From: Eledone cirrhosa
Taxonomy: Eukaryota
Length of the DNA: 64,000 bases
Direction of reading: 5' to 3'
Assembly (NCBI GenBank): GCA_964016885.1
Contig: OZ024743.1
Span: 253,518,001 to 253,582,000 of the forward strand
The position numbers and the translations under genes are program-made. How positions within the stretch are numbered: position 1 is the first letter of the stretch; each line of letters opens with the position of its first letter. Below, in pieces: positions 14,513 through 27,852 of this stretch. The notes under the pieces were generated by a model, which was given only the letters and a program-made list of their open reading frames with translations, searched no databases and had not been told where the DNA came from.

Positions 14513-16131
14513 TATATTATGGCATAATAGGGAGTCTTCTTACTCTGAAGTTTCATCTGCTTGCTCACAGGGTCTACTATTTAGTCTTAATCAATGTATA
14601 TCAAATACATGTCGATTATGTTTCTCAAAAAAAAGGCACTATAAGCTATGTTACCATCTCGAGGTATGTATATTTACTTATATATCAATTGTTATGCACA
14701 TATGTACAAAACACTAATACTTTCTCAATATTTATATATATCCTGGTATACATCGTGTAAACACGTTATCCACACACACTCACACACACACACACACATA
14801 TATATATATGTACATACATACACTATCGATTGCAGCCATAATTAACAGCCTTTAGGGTGATCCTTGTTATTCCACTCAACAGGTGCCGGATGCTGAATGT
14901 AGACAATACGTGATGACAATAATCGCACTGACACTACTCAAATATAAATTAACATTCTGTTATGCGTTTCATAATGTGATATCTTATGAAAATATTGTGA
15001 ATTAAATCGTAATGATATTATTGTATTAATTTCTTCCTCATACATTATTACATTCAAAATGAGAATGCTGACATAGATTTAAAAAAGTAATAATTATCAA
15101 AATTTCTAAATAATACTGAATAAGACATTTTAAAATAAGATATAAAGAAAGAAAATATTCATTGAAATGTTCTGAAAATTATCTTTAATATGTATTATTG
15201 TAATTCCATTTTTGTCACTCTAAATTATATTTATATCATTTGACATTTTTTCAATTTGTTTTAGAATTTTTCAAAAAGGAATATCCAATAATTTGATTCT
15301 ATTATTTTGCGTGTTTTTATTTATTTAAATTTTTTGCTTTTGTTTCTTTTTAGAAATACTTTCCATTATTCGCCAAAAATCCATTAATTTATTTTCATTC
15401 TAATTTTATTCTATTTCGAATTTATTCCGGAGAGTTCTCTAAAAGGGTTAAGTATCTAACTAAACACTCGCCTTGTCATTTAGTCGTTTTTGCTGCTCTT
15501 GTTGCGCCAAATGTTGTTCTTCTTGTTGATGCACCAGTTGCTGTTGTTGCTGTTGTTGTTATTGTCGATGTTGCTATTGTTGTTGTTGTTATATCTAATG
15601 TTGAACATAAAGCTGTTATTGTTGCTGCTGTTCTAGCTGCTGTTGTTGTTGCTATTATTTATATTGTTGTTGTTAATGTCGCTATTGTTATTGTTATTGT
15701 ATATAATGTTTATATTTAGTCTCTTTAAGAGAAATATATGCTGCTCGTCTTCGTCTCCTCGCCCTCCTCCTCCTAGTAAATCAATGAGCGAAGGAAGCAC
15801 ATTAAGGTAAAATGATGCTAATTCCAGAACAGCAGCAACAGCACCGCTCTATTCTTCAACATTGGTGTAAAAAGCATTAAATAACAACAACAAATTTGTA
15901 AAATGGGCCTCCGGCAAATACAGTAGCAAGTTTTAAAATCTTAACTTGTTAAAACCCGAAGTTGGCAAAGCCGAAGTAGATTAAGTCATTACACACTAAG
16001 TGTGTACATATAGGTTTCAATGGTATTTTTCTACAGTACTTCTTAAATGGGACGATGGTTGCTTGCCTTGAACTATATTGGCAATCCTAGCACAAATATA
16101 TGATGTCTTATGTGTCCATCCGTCTTTATGC

Positions 16132-16213
<82 letters not shown>

Positions 16214-16228
16214 CTATCTCTCCCCCCC

Positions 16229-16267
<39 letters not shown>

Positions 16268-16295
16268 TCTCTCTCTCCCTATATATATATCTTGA

Positions 16296-16897
16296 GTGTT
16301 ACTGGTAACATGTAACCTGGTACAACCAGTCGCATGCTCGGGTCCTTGGCGACTAAACCAGCGACCACACCAGGTTTACTTGGTGAGGGGGCTGAGTTTG
16401 GACACCCTGCAGGACAAAAGACATAATCTGACAAACGGCGGAAGAACTCATAAGAGTCAACGGCCATCCAAAAGTGTGTAAATAGGTATATACACATGTA
16501 CATATGTATGTATAGCTATATGTGTATATACATGGGTGCATGTATATGTATATGCGCGGGGACATAGAAATCGTCGGGCTGGACACCCGATCGCGCGGTT
16601 AAACCACTGGGAGTGAAGGACCCCTAGCTTTTGTCAGGGCATTCTTCTAGGAGAAGGCAACTCACAAAACTGGGATAACTCCGATATAAAACATGCGGCT
16701 CAGTAGTTACCGATGATGTTGATCTTTTCTTTTTTTAGGGTTATAGCTCAGAGAGTGGGATTGGCTCAATGTACAGTATTTTCACACTTTAAAAAATATC
16801 TTCACGCAAAGGTATTGCACGATAGAATTAATTAATAATTATGAATAATGGTATATCGTGCAATGGCCATACTCGATAACGAGGGGGTAGCCATCAT
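16296..16897 (+). mobile_element. Second copy of the RTE 5'-like element of about 600 bp, with an internal microsatellite-like insert
   Basis: Reverse-complement similarity to 3185-3790. Confidence 0.65.
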
Positions 16898-16902
16898 GTA
16901 TC

Positions 16903-16997
<95 letters not shown>

Positions 16998-17064
16998 GTG
17001 TGTGTGTGTGTATGTATATGTGTGTGTGTATATATATATACATATATATATATACACACATACG

Positions 17065-17633
17065 TAGTATCAAACTAACCACGGAGCTTGAGGCATCCAA
17101 CGAAGTTACACCAAGAGGATTGCGACGATGAAGGAGATAAGCTACTGGGAGAGGCTAAAACAACTGAAACTCTACTTCATGGAACGAAGACGGGAGAGAT
17201 ACGCTGTGATACACATATGGAAAATATTGGAGGGACTAGCACCAAACTTTGGCATTGGGAGCTGGACCTACCCCCGAACAGGACGTCACTGTGTGGTGCC
17301 AATGGTCCCGTCTTCTACATCTAGAATAAGGAGCAGATATTGCAATAGCCTGGGGTTCAAAGGGCCTCAATATTTCAACAAGCTGCCAAGGGATTTGAGA
17401 GATCTGCATGGTGTGGACGTGGATGTTTTCAAGAGACATCTCGACACCATGCTTTCCAATATCCTCGATGAGCCAATGGTACGGTACGAAGGTAACCTAA
17501 GGGCAGCAGAAAGGAACTCCCTCTTGCACCATTGACCAGCCAATACAGGCTGGAGAGTGAATATGTAGTAACAAGTGCGGTGCCACAGCATGGCCTTATC
17601 CGGATGGCTGGAACAGGTAAAAGAGTAAAAGAG
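17065..17633 (+). mobile_element. CR1-group LINE 3' fragment
   Basis: ORF 17128-17535 [19 protein letters not shown]...FNKLP..LR...FKRHLD..L..I.DEP is the CR1/L2 ORF2 C-terminus; ends in a short tandem tail gtaaaagagtaaaagagt. Confidence 0.8.
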
Positions 17634-17755
17634 TATATACATGCGTGTGTGCGCGAGTGTGTACGTATACGAAATGTAAACAGAAAACAGCATGGTATAA
17701 CGTTACATTACAATGAAAATAAGTAACATTAACGCTTAATATAGCAGAAGAAGTG

Positions 17756-17791
17756 TATTAACGTTTTGGTCAGTAGTCCTTCATCAGAAGA
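17756..17791 (-). ncRNA. Decayed minimal HHR (family D); sister copy at 59877-59912
   Basis: Minus strand tctt-CTGATGA-aggactactgacc-aAAA-cg-TT-aata; the sister has CTAATGA...gtcc-GAAA-tg-TT-aaga; the consensus of the two is canonical. Confidence 0.5.
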
Positions 17792-18171
17792 TAGAATAGA
17801 AATAAAGAATAAATATAAAGATACAGAACAGGAAGAGACAATAACATTTTTTTCAGAATAAGAATCTATATGCTTAGTCAGCCATTTTGTGAAAATTCAA
17901 ACGCATACACATTTCAGGTTGTCGTGTTGGCACCATGATAAAACACACTCGGCTAACGACATAAAGTAGCCGGCATTAGAATGAACATCCAGGTGTAGAA
18001 ACCATGCCAGAAAGGATGGTCAATATGTAATCATTTGACCTGTCTAGACACAAAAAGCAAAAACTTATCAAAACCATATGAGCATGTAAAATAGATGTAA
18101 AGCTGTGCCGCTCATTTCGAATTTTGTTTATCGTGAACTCGTGCGCCGATTTTTCGATACTCGATCATTCT

Positions 18172-18211
<40 letters not shown>

Positions 18212-18230
18212 TACATATACACACACACAC

Positions 18231-18354
<124 letters not shown>

Positions 18355-18362
18355 AGAAATGA

Positions 18363-18720
18363 CTTCTAGAGGACTGGAACTGTTTCATTCGGGAGAAATC
18401 ATCAGGAAGCGGCTTCTTGATGATTTCTCCCGAATGAAACACTTCTAGACCTGTAGAACCCATTTCTATATTAAATAGTTATACTCTGCTATGTATTGAG
18501 TACCTTACATGGTGTGGCAACCCCGGATTGAACCCGGGATAGACTTATATACATATATATATATATATATATTATATATAAGGTAAGTTATTCCGGGTTG
18601 AATCGGAGGTAACCACAGTAAGGAAGGTACTCCCTACATAGCAGAGTATAACAGTTTTAATATAGATGAGATTCTACAGGACTCGAACTGTTTCATTCTT
18701 GAGAAATCATCAGGAATCTG
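18363..18720. mobile_element. Double fold-back element with three HHR copies around a central (TA)n
   Basis: Inverted arms 18363-18409/18413-18459 and about 18415-18545/18582-18718. Confidence 0.8.
18669..18719 (-). ncRNA. Type I hammerhead ribozyme
   Basis: agattc-CTGATGA-tttctcaagaat-GAAA-cag(ttcgagtc)ctg-TA-gaatct: 6-bp stem I, short stem II, 3-bp stem III. Confidence 0.8.
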
Positions 18721-19443
18721 ATTCTTGGCCATACAAACTACATTTTTTAATATATTACCATTAGTAAATTTTTGTAAACATATGTACTTTTCTGACGTTA
18801 TATATTTTTTCCTCCTTAAATTTTCTTCTTTCTTCTCTCCTTCCGTGCTCGTATTAAATCTATTATTTACTTTTACATATTACAATACATAAAAACAAAC
18901 TTAAACCATAACTAATTCCTCTAAGTTCATAATTCATTTAATCTCTCCTTCTTTCACATTATATCCTTAATATCCTTAATATTTTTATTTTAATAATACA
19001 TATTAATAAATTCTTTTTTTTTCGCACATATTATTAAACCCTTCAATATATAAACCTTAAATACATACTATTCTTAATTCCTTTTTCTTTGATCATAAAC
19101 ATCACCATTAATAAACCTCATTAAATTTTAATTTCAAAATCTTTTAAAATTATCTATTATCTTTCAACGGTTTTTAATTTCTCTCTGTGAGACAATGTTT
19201 TCTCAGTTGTAAAGCCTTTTTCTCTCTCTCTATCACTCATTTCTCCTCCTCTCTCATCCTTGCTTCTTATAATCTACCCCCGTCATCCTTTATTTTCATT
19301 CTTCCTCTTCCTTACTTTTTTTCCTACCACCCCCGCCCTCCTTTTTTGTCCAACCTCATATATCCATCTTACTTTATTTTCCATATTTTGATTTAACACT
19401 TCATTGCTCGAAAGTGTTTTTTAAGCTTCATATCATGTCTCCC

Positions 19444-19514
19444 TATTTTAGCTGATGAGAACGCAAATATTATCCCATGATGATATTTGTTTTTGAAATG
19501 CGCATAATAAAATA
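19444..19514 (+). ncRNA. Minimal type I HHR (family B) with palindromic stem III
   Basis: tattttag-CTGATGA-gaacgcaaatattatc(ccat)gatgatatttgttttt-GAAA-tgcgca-TA-ataaaata; downstream 19495-19639 recurs inverted at 43042-43188. Confidence 0.8.
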
Positions 19515-19635
19515 CTTGGAACTCTTTCAGCCATCTTTTGATCTTATATTATTTATACTCCAGTCCTATAAACTGTTGAGTGGTACTTATCCGATATTGG
19601 CATTGCTTTATTGTGCTACAATAAAACTCACCTCC

Positions 19636-19686
<51 letters not shown>

Positions 19687-20024
19687 GAAAGGAGTAAAAT
19701 TCGATACAAATCAAAGGTTATAGGAAAAAGTAGAAATGGAAAAAGAAGGAGGTATATTTAAAGAACATTTTTTCTTCTTCTTTAATCCGGCAAATTGCTA
19801 TTTTTGAAAAAAGGAGAAAACATTTTTTTTAAAATGGGTGTTATAAGATATATTGAACATTATCGAATTCCATGTACTTCATCTTACCATATATTAAATA
19901 TTGAAATTATAATTGAAAAATCAAAAATTAAGGGTTGAAGAATGTCTATTCATATTTCGTGGTGTGAGTATCATCAACTCACTTTAGAGAAATATCTTAT
20001 ATATATATATATATATACTAGGTA

Positions 20025-20300
20025 GGAAGGGAGTGGTGGAGTTTAACAGGTCAACGTTTTTGTAGGAAGAATAATATCGTTTCATGTTGACATCGACAAA
20101 GCAGTCAAGGCGAGTATTCAAGCAGTGTCTCTCTGACGCTAGGTGTGAAAGTATATTCCAGTGTTTTGAGTTGCATAGCCGAAAGAATTTCGTCACATTA
20201 ACATAGGGGGTAGATTTCTCTAATATACTCTGCCATTGGGTGGCATAGTTTATATCAGGGATTTGTCTCGAATGTTCTCCTCTTAGTGTTGTACACATAC
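20025..20300 (-). pseudogene. Penelope GIY-YIG C-terminal relic
   Basis: WQSILEKSTPY...RLCNSKHWNIL...CLNTR parallels [10 protein letters not shown]...[12 protein letters not shown]...CLNTK at 43.7 kb. Confidence 0.7.
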
Positions 20301-20410
20301 AGACACGCTGGACTCCTCATATACCTAATTTCTCCCCACTTACCTGTCAGATAATTTTTTACTTTTTTCTACCCTCCCAAACTTTCACCTCCTCCCTGTG
20401 CTGCATTTAT

Positions 20411-20490
20411 TCTTTACTGATGAACGACTAACATCCGATTCTTTGGAGTGTTATTTTTTACCTTTATTCACAAGCGTGAAACTATAAAGA
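20411..20490 (+). ncRNA. HHR-like motif with collapsed stem III
   Basis: tcttta-CTGATGA-acg...cgt-GAAA-c-TA-taaaga; perfect 6-bp stem I; lies beside and antisense to the GIY-YIG relic. Confidence 0.55.
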
Positions 20491-20711
20491 CTTCGCAAAA
20501 TGTGTCTTTGTTTGACTTCTTTTGTAATATTGATCTGTATTTTACACTGCTCATAAATACACATAATAACATATGCACATATACGTAAAAATTAATTTAA
20601 AACAAACATATGTTAATCTGTGAATTAATGAATATAAATCTATGTTTTTAGAATTAGAATATCTAAGTGTATAGTTGAACACTAAGTTGTTATAATGGAA
20701 AGAATAGTGTT

Positions 20712-20750
<39 letters not shown>

Positions 20751-20782
20751 ATGTGTGTGTGTTTCTGTGTGTTTGTGTTTGT

Positions 20783-20868
<86 letters not shown>

Positions 20869-22611
20869 TCTAAGGTATATCAGGTTTTTGTTTAAAATAA
20901 TTATATCTTTGTTCCCTGATTATTAGCTTGTGTCAAATTCTTCTCTTAGTTCTAGACAATATATATATTACATTACATATATCGTATAACGTATATCATC
21001 TATATTTAATATCATGTTATGTATATGTGTATGTTTGTATATATATGAAGCTATTACTGTTACGACAACCAAACGTTTTAATCATTAACAAAATTGATTG
21101 TTTGTATCGTTCACATTGCTCATTGTTGACCTTTGGGAATCAAGTGAGTTCTGGCACAGCGACACAAACTAATCTAACTCGCTTCTTCTAATTGTATTAA
21201 TTCTATAGCTCTTTCTCTTTCTCTCTCTTCTCTCTCTCTCCCTTCTTTTCTCTTTCTGTCTTTCTCTTTCACACTCTTCTTCCCCGCTCATCGTTTATAT
21301 ATATATATATATATACGTACATACACACTTATACGTCTGTGTAGATAGATATCTTAAAGATATATTTAGATAGATAGAGCTTCCCTTACGTCTATTAGAC
21401 TTGCCACGTTCTTTGTTCACTGCCAAAATGATTTCCACTTAGACAAACTTGGCGATTCTGTCTAATCTGATGACACTGTTAATATTGGGCTACATTGTTT
21501 GCGGAATATAAGCTGTCTGGTCTCTCTGTCTGTGTGTCTGTATGTCTGTGTTCCTGCTTGTCTATGTGTCTGCTGCAGAATAAATGTCTATAATCGCTTT
21601 ACCTTTGTCAGGAACATTAAGGAGTAAGAAGAAACAGATGAACAGATAATTTTGTTATTGCAGTTTTTTTTTCTTTTTACATTTTAGAAACAAATGAGCA
21701 AAAACAAATATGTAAATAATTTTAAATTAAGAATGAGTCGTAATTATTGTCATCCTGAATATAAAAAATAACAAGAAATAATTATAATCCTTATTAAAAA
21801 GTGGGAAGAGGGATTGGCAAATCGATAGATCGTCGGACAGAATGCTTTGTAACATTTCGTTACGACCGTCTATTTTTTCAATTCATATACCGCTTAGGTC
21901 AATTTTTCCTTTCATTATTCTAAGGTAAATACAGTTAAGTAGCAGTTAAATACTGAGTTCCATATGATAGAATTTTCCCCTTCCCACAAATTGTTGGCCT
22001 TGTACCAATGTTAGAAACCATTATAAAAATGATATGAAATTATGTCTATTAAGATATAACAAAAGATCCAATGGAAACCTTTTAATTCAAGTTTAAATCT
22101 ATTTTTTTCCTTGAGAAAACTGACATTTTTTTCTGTTATTTTTCACCTGTGTATTTATTTTCGTTTATGTTGATTATGTAATTATACATTCTGTGTTGGA
22201 TCTTCTACTGTTCCAGTGACGAGTGTTCCAGTTGTTGTTCGAACAATGAAACAGCCTGCATGTGAAATTAATGTGTCAGTGACTGAGCATTCCAGAGACA
22301 CGTGCACCTTTAACGTAAGTCTCGGAGTGATTCAGCGTGACATGGTGTGTCAACACTGGCTTTTTGAAATATAGTACAACTCATTATTTTGGCAGCTGAA
22401 TGGATTGGAGCTATGTAAATTAATTGTCTTAAACAAGGATGAGCAGAGTACATTACGATGATGAGAAGAGTACATTAAATACAAAGCCATATACCTTCAC
22501 AATTCTACATAATTTAAGTAGATGAATAGTTTCAATTGAACAAACAAAATGATACTTCAGTTTGAATATATTATTCATATACAGAGGTATATATATATGT
22601 AATTGCCTATA

Positions 22612-22680
22612 ATTCCTGATGAGTCGTAGGGATGCTGTAGTGATATACGGAATGTCGTGATCATGTTAAACATGTCGAAT
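22612..22680 (+). ncRNA. Decayed HHR (GAAA changed to TAAA)
   Basis: attc-CTGATGA-...-tAAA-catg-TC-gaat. Confidence 0.4.
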
Positions 22681-23989
22681 GCTACCTTCTCCAAAGATAA
22701 GTACATAGCCGATTTTTTCCAAAGGAGGACAGTGGCAGTGAGGAAGTTAGATATAGGTATAGAGAAAGAATCAAGCCAAGTACTGACTGATATTTCTTTC
22801 AGCGATCTCGAACGGATGAATAGAGTAGTTGACCTCGGCGATGAAAGTCGAAGTTGACCTTGGGGAGAATCTGCCAATTCTCCACCCTCTCATATACGAT
22901 ATGTTTATGTAAAATAAATATATATATGTCCCGCTATAAATATTTTAAGCTGTGATCATGTCATGATGAGAGTGTTGATGATTTTAATTATTGAGATGGT
23001 CACTGTCTATGTTTGGATAACGATGTATTCCATTCCATGTCATAGCACATGTATCACGCAACTCCCACTCCACCCCGGCATGATAAGAGATAATTCCAAG
23101 TTTGGATTCTTAAGTACATTAATAACGCATGCTTTATGAACTCAATCAAATAAGAGATTATATTTCATATTAGATGTTACTTAATATTACATGAAATAAA
23201 CAACGGATCAGAACAGATCAAACCAGTACTATGTCAGATGTAAATTATGTGACAATCAAAAGTGTACTGAAACACACCCAAGTTTACACCACATAGCAAA
23301 ATAATTCACTGAACATTGCTTAAATGATCAGTAAGGTACTTCTTATCTTTGTTTCAATACACATTGGGTTTAAATGATTTCTTCTGCAAAATAAAAGACG
23401 GAGAATTGGTAGAGTTGCGAGAACGTGAGAATGTTTTGTAATATTCGTTTCTGCTCTGCGACTGAAATCAAATCCTGGTGAGGTCAAATTCGCCTTTCAT
23501 TCTTTCGAGTTCAAACAAAATACCAGTCCAATACTCTGCTGTTTCTTCCTCTATATATCATTATTATTTCCTCTTTGTTTCCTTCACAGAAAGAAATCGA
23601 CTGTGTTCAGACCTGGAGAAGGATGGGCTTCACTAGTATAAACTGCCCAAGTCACGTCAATTGCCAATAAGGCGCAAACACGACTACCTCAGGTGTTACG
23701 GGTGGGTCTGTCTGTCCGTAACTATGTATATACATACATACACACGCATAGATACATGTATACACACATACACGTTTGTTGCAGAAACGTACACCCCCGC
23801 CACGCGCACACCGACATACATACAGAAATATATAAAAAGGCAACTAGATCTGAGGACGAACGGAAATATAATCACAGACAGAGCGAATTCAATGTTTGGT
23901 TAAGGGAAAAAGTATTTCAGTATTTTTTCTTGCATCTTTATAGATATGTTTGTCTACTGTTTTAAATAAATTCACTTAAAATGGGCCGC

Positions 23990-24990
23990 GAAAAGGTACA
24001 GGAAAATGTTTAGGGTCGATAGACAGCTTCTTGTCGGCCTGAAGTCTTTATATGAATGCCTTGGTTTTCGTGCTCGGATAAATAGGGCTAAATTGAAACT
24101 GTTCAGTGTGAATGTTGGCTGTTGCCATGGGAGTGTACTGTCATCTCTCCATTTCATAATCATCATGAATAGGATTGATATGTGTAGTCGGATAGAAAGT
24201 GGCATCAAAATTAGCTAGTATAATATAAGTCGGCTGAAATATGCAGACTACATGGTACTGTTTAACTCACCGGAAGGCGATCTCCGACATGGACATGATA
24301 GATTTGTTGGCGAATGTTGCATGGCTGGAATAAAAATCAGTGCTGAGAAGACTTAGACACTCGTCTCCCAGTCCATTATACATATGGCCGGAGTTCTACT
24401 GAACCAAGTCGAGAAGTTCAAGTATATCGGAGACGTTTTCACGCATTATGCAAGGGAGGAGGCTGAATTAAGTGAAGGTATTACTAGAAGTGGTGCAGTA
24501 ATCCGATAGCTTCAGCATTCGGTCATCATAATAAGGTGCGGAGGTCTAAAAGCCATACTCGCTCTCTTCAATTCGGTGTTCATGTCAATCTTTACATTTG
24601 GTAATGAATCTTGGTAAAGACCGAAAAAATATGATCGCAAAATCAAGCGACCGAAATGAGATTTCTCCGAATGGGCATTAGAGTAACATTACTCAATAGA
24701 GTGCGTAGCTCGGAGATCAGAGCGTCGCTCCAGGAAGAACCACTACATTTTCGTGTTGAGAGATTGTTGCTCCGGTACTACAGACATGTACTCGAACGTC
24801 TAAGGAAAGAATCGCTGCACATATTTTAGGGACAAAACTAACCGGCAGGAGACCTATGGGTCGGCCCCGAGTAAAATGGTTGGATAACATCCATGAGTAT
24901 GGATAGTGTTGCTTGGGGATGCAGCCGTATCAGTTGGAAACATATGCTTCGGACAGGACCCAAGGAAAGGCTTGCTTGCCTCCTACCTTC
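23990..24990 (+). mobile_element. Degraded RTE-clade LINE (RT and C-terminus)
   Basis: FSVNVG..HGSVLS..FII.M, YAD motif (tatgcagac about 24240), KISAEKT, QVEKFKYIG, GRRPMGRPRVKWLDNI; many stops. Confidence 0.8.
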
Positions 24991-26585
24991 ACACGTTTTA
25001 CACTACAAATAAGAATAATTTACTTATCATCGCTTATATCAACCAAATACTTGTTGTCTTAGTTTCAATACAGATTTGGTCTCAAGAATTTCTTATTGAT
25101 AGACACTAAATTTGGATCTGACTCAGATAGGAGCTGGAACAGTGATTTCGACGTATTTGTGCTTTTCCCAAATAGAACTAAAAGTATAAGTGAAATACAT
25201 CACTATAGGGAATCGAAACCAAACATTTGTTGTTGTTAATCCCGAGACGGCTCTCACCTTACAAAGTTAGCCGGACTGCTCTATGATTGCATATCAGAGG
25301 AGGTTTCCCGGCTGGTTTAATGACTAAACGTAAATAACATCATAAAGGAAAACGTATTATGAAGAAAAGTAACACATTTCACTAGGAAAATAAGTCACAT
25401 TCTGTATAAATATTATAAAAAAGAGAATCATTTATTTAAAATAGTTGAAACATATCTAGAAACAAACACTGAAAACACTTCAATTCCGGTTTAAACCTCA
25501 TCATAAAATATATTGTAATGTTTGTAATGTGACTTTTACTTCTGGATTTGTACTGATAATCCGATATATCGGACAGGATATTGTAACCAAAAACACTAAA
25601 CGAGTGACATATCTGTAAAACTGTAGTATTAATTATATTGATTTTCTGTTGTTTCTGACAATTATTTACCTGTAGTATGCTTTTCTATCTCAGTCAACTT
25701 ATTCTGTATTTTACAATGGAAAAGGTCATAAAGTTTATTAACGAAACTTCTATAGTTGTTAGTTGCAAAATAACAGCTACAACAACAAGGAAACATCAAA
25801 GCTAACATCACTTTTAAAAATTGCCGACAACACGCTATTCTCTTTGCAACTAACCACTGCCGCCATTTGTAAAATGAACGTCGAGCAGACATTTTTTTAA
25901 ATGTAAAAATGTTTTAAGAGTTGCACTTATCTGCCAAATGACGTGATCTGAGACCGTGTGTTGAAACTAAAACAATTACCACGTGGAAAAGTCAATTGTA
26001 TCCATTTAAAACGCACAAAAACTGTCAACTTTACTTAATGCATATCAGATATTTCTTGATGTTAAAATTTTCGTTGCACTGTACGTGACACAGTTCCACT
26101 ACAACAGAATTGAAATTTAGTAATAGGCCAGGCTTTGCCAACAATGCAGCAACATCACTGTGAACATCACCATCACAACAAGATCAGCATGAATAACTCC
26201 ACATCACACGAACAACAACGCGAACGTTGCAACTTCCAGGAGCAAGAACATTATCCTCACCACAATCACCATCACAAACGCCACTATCGGCACCACTAAC
26301 AACAACAACGACCCCATCGCTACCAGCACAACCACCAACACCAACATCACCACCACAAAACCCAAATACTGAATAATTTGTAAGAGTCAAGCAATGATTG
26401 CTGGATTAATTTTTGATTATATATTGGACAGCAGCGAATAAAATTAAATATTTATTTTTTTATATTTTATTTAAACATATTTATTTCGATTGTTTAAGAT
26501 TCTACTTTCACTTTCAATATGATATATGTACATATATATACACACACACAAATATATATATATATAATGCATTAATTCTCTCTCC

Positions 26586-26652
<67 letters not shown>

Positions 26653-26734
26653 TCTCTCTCTCCTTTGTTAATGGCAGATTATTGATTTTTTATTAATGTT
26701 TTTTAACGATATCGTTGTTTTTATTATTATTATT

Positions 26735-27852
26735 CTTTGAGTCTCAGTCATTGATGTTAGTTAACTGGAAAGTTTGTTGAAATGAATATCAAGCCACTAC
26801 CTGCAGCCTCAGATATTCAGGACGTATCGGAGGGTTCTTGCTGTTCCCAGCAAGCAAGCCTTTTGAAGCGTTCCAAAAAGCGTGAAGGGGCCAATTTTGT
26901 TTAACCATCCCTGGAAAATTTTTGAGATAATACCTAGTGCGCCTATGACAATCGGGACCACTTTGACTTCATGGCAGTTCCAAATCCTTTTTACCTCCCA
27001 CTTTAAGTCCTGGTATCGGTTAATTTTCTCCCTCTCCTTCTCTTGCACTCTCGTGTCGAATGGGCAGGCCACATACACAATCAGGCATGATCTTTTTTCT
27101 TTGTCCACAACCACCAGGTCAGGTCTATTGTGTTCCAGTTTCTTGTCCGTCTGTATCCTAAAATCCCACAGCACCTTCACCTGGTCATTTTCTATCACCG
27201 ACTCTGGCTTATGCTCATACCACTTCTCAGAATGTGGTAAATTGTTTACTTTGCATAGGTGCCAGTGGATCACCCTGCCCATCACATCATGTCTCCAGCC
27301 CTTATAGTGAGTCTGGGCTAGCTGTTTACACTCGGATACAATGTGAGCCACAGTCTCCTCTCTCACTCCACAGATCCTGCACAGTGGGCTAGCCTCCTTC
27401 TTGTAAATATGGTGTTTCAACCACATCGTTTTGAGGGCCTGCCCTTGCGCAGCCATTAACATTCCTTCTGTAGCCTTTTTATGGTCTCCTCTTCTCAACC
27501 AGTTCAATGTCTGTGGGTCTCTGAATTCAGTTTTCTCAAAGAAGGTACTATGAAGGGATTTTTCTTGAAGGCTGCTCTTTCTCCTTGATGGTATTTCCTC
27601 CTTGGACATCCTCTGGTCTATTGTCCTCTCCATCAGTACAGTTCTGAGCATTGGCTCCTTACTATCAGTCACGTATTTGTGTAGGTTGTTTTTCTCCATC
27701 TGAACACAGTCCTCTATGCTGATAGGACCTCTTCCACCTTCAGATCTCCTTAAGTAGAGTCTATCGACATCACTCCTCTTCTGGAACATGTTGTAGATAG
27801 TCAATAGCTTCCTAGTCTTCCTATCCATTTCTTTTTGTTCAGCAACATTCCA
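26735..27852 (-). mobile_element. Dong/R4-type RLE non-LTR retrotransposon, 5'-truncated
   Basis: ORF 26809-27828 with CRICG..EETVAHIVSEC zinc knuckle, RHD, and PD..ACPFD..K..Y restriction-like endonuclease; 3' end runs into (TAA)n at 26721-26734, the known Dong target. Confidence 0.9.
26809..27852 (-). CDS. Partial RLE-LINE polyprotein (post-RT region, CCHC, endonuclease)
   Basis: Uninterrupted 339-aa frame that extends upstream as WNVAEQKE-MDRKTRK. Confidence 0.8.
   Translation of the reverse strand, partial: WNVAEQKEMDRKTRKLLTIYNMFQKRSDVDRLYLRRSEGGRGPISIEDCVQMEKNNLHKYVTDSKEPMLRTVLMERTIDQRMSKEEIPSRRKSSLQEKSLHSTFFEKTEFRDPQTLNWLRRGDHKKATEGMLMAAQGQALKTMWLKHHIYKKEASPLCRICGVREETVAHIVSECKQLAQTHYKGWRHDVMGRVIHWHLCKVNNLPHSEKWYEHKPESVIENDQVKVLWDFRIQTDKKLEHNRPDLVVVDKEKRSCLIVYVACPFDTRVQEKEREKINRYQDLKWEVKRIWNCHEVKVVPIVIGALGIISKIFQGWLNKIGPFTLFGTLQKACLLGTARTLRYVLNI

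Noticed and set aside
19940-19985. Minus-strand ttgatga...GAAA-tatgaa-TA
   Set aside because: U3-G8 mismatch and no stem I pairing
25660-26110. Possible DNA-transposon remnant; also TTAA-bounded 14842-15451
   Set aside because: Could not identify matching terminal inverted repeats or a second copy in the window
26882-27307. Antisense ORFs over LINEs (also 29735-30244, 17367-17693, 43677-43973)
   Set aside because: Shadow frames of retrotransposon coding sequence
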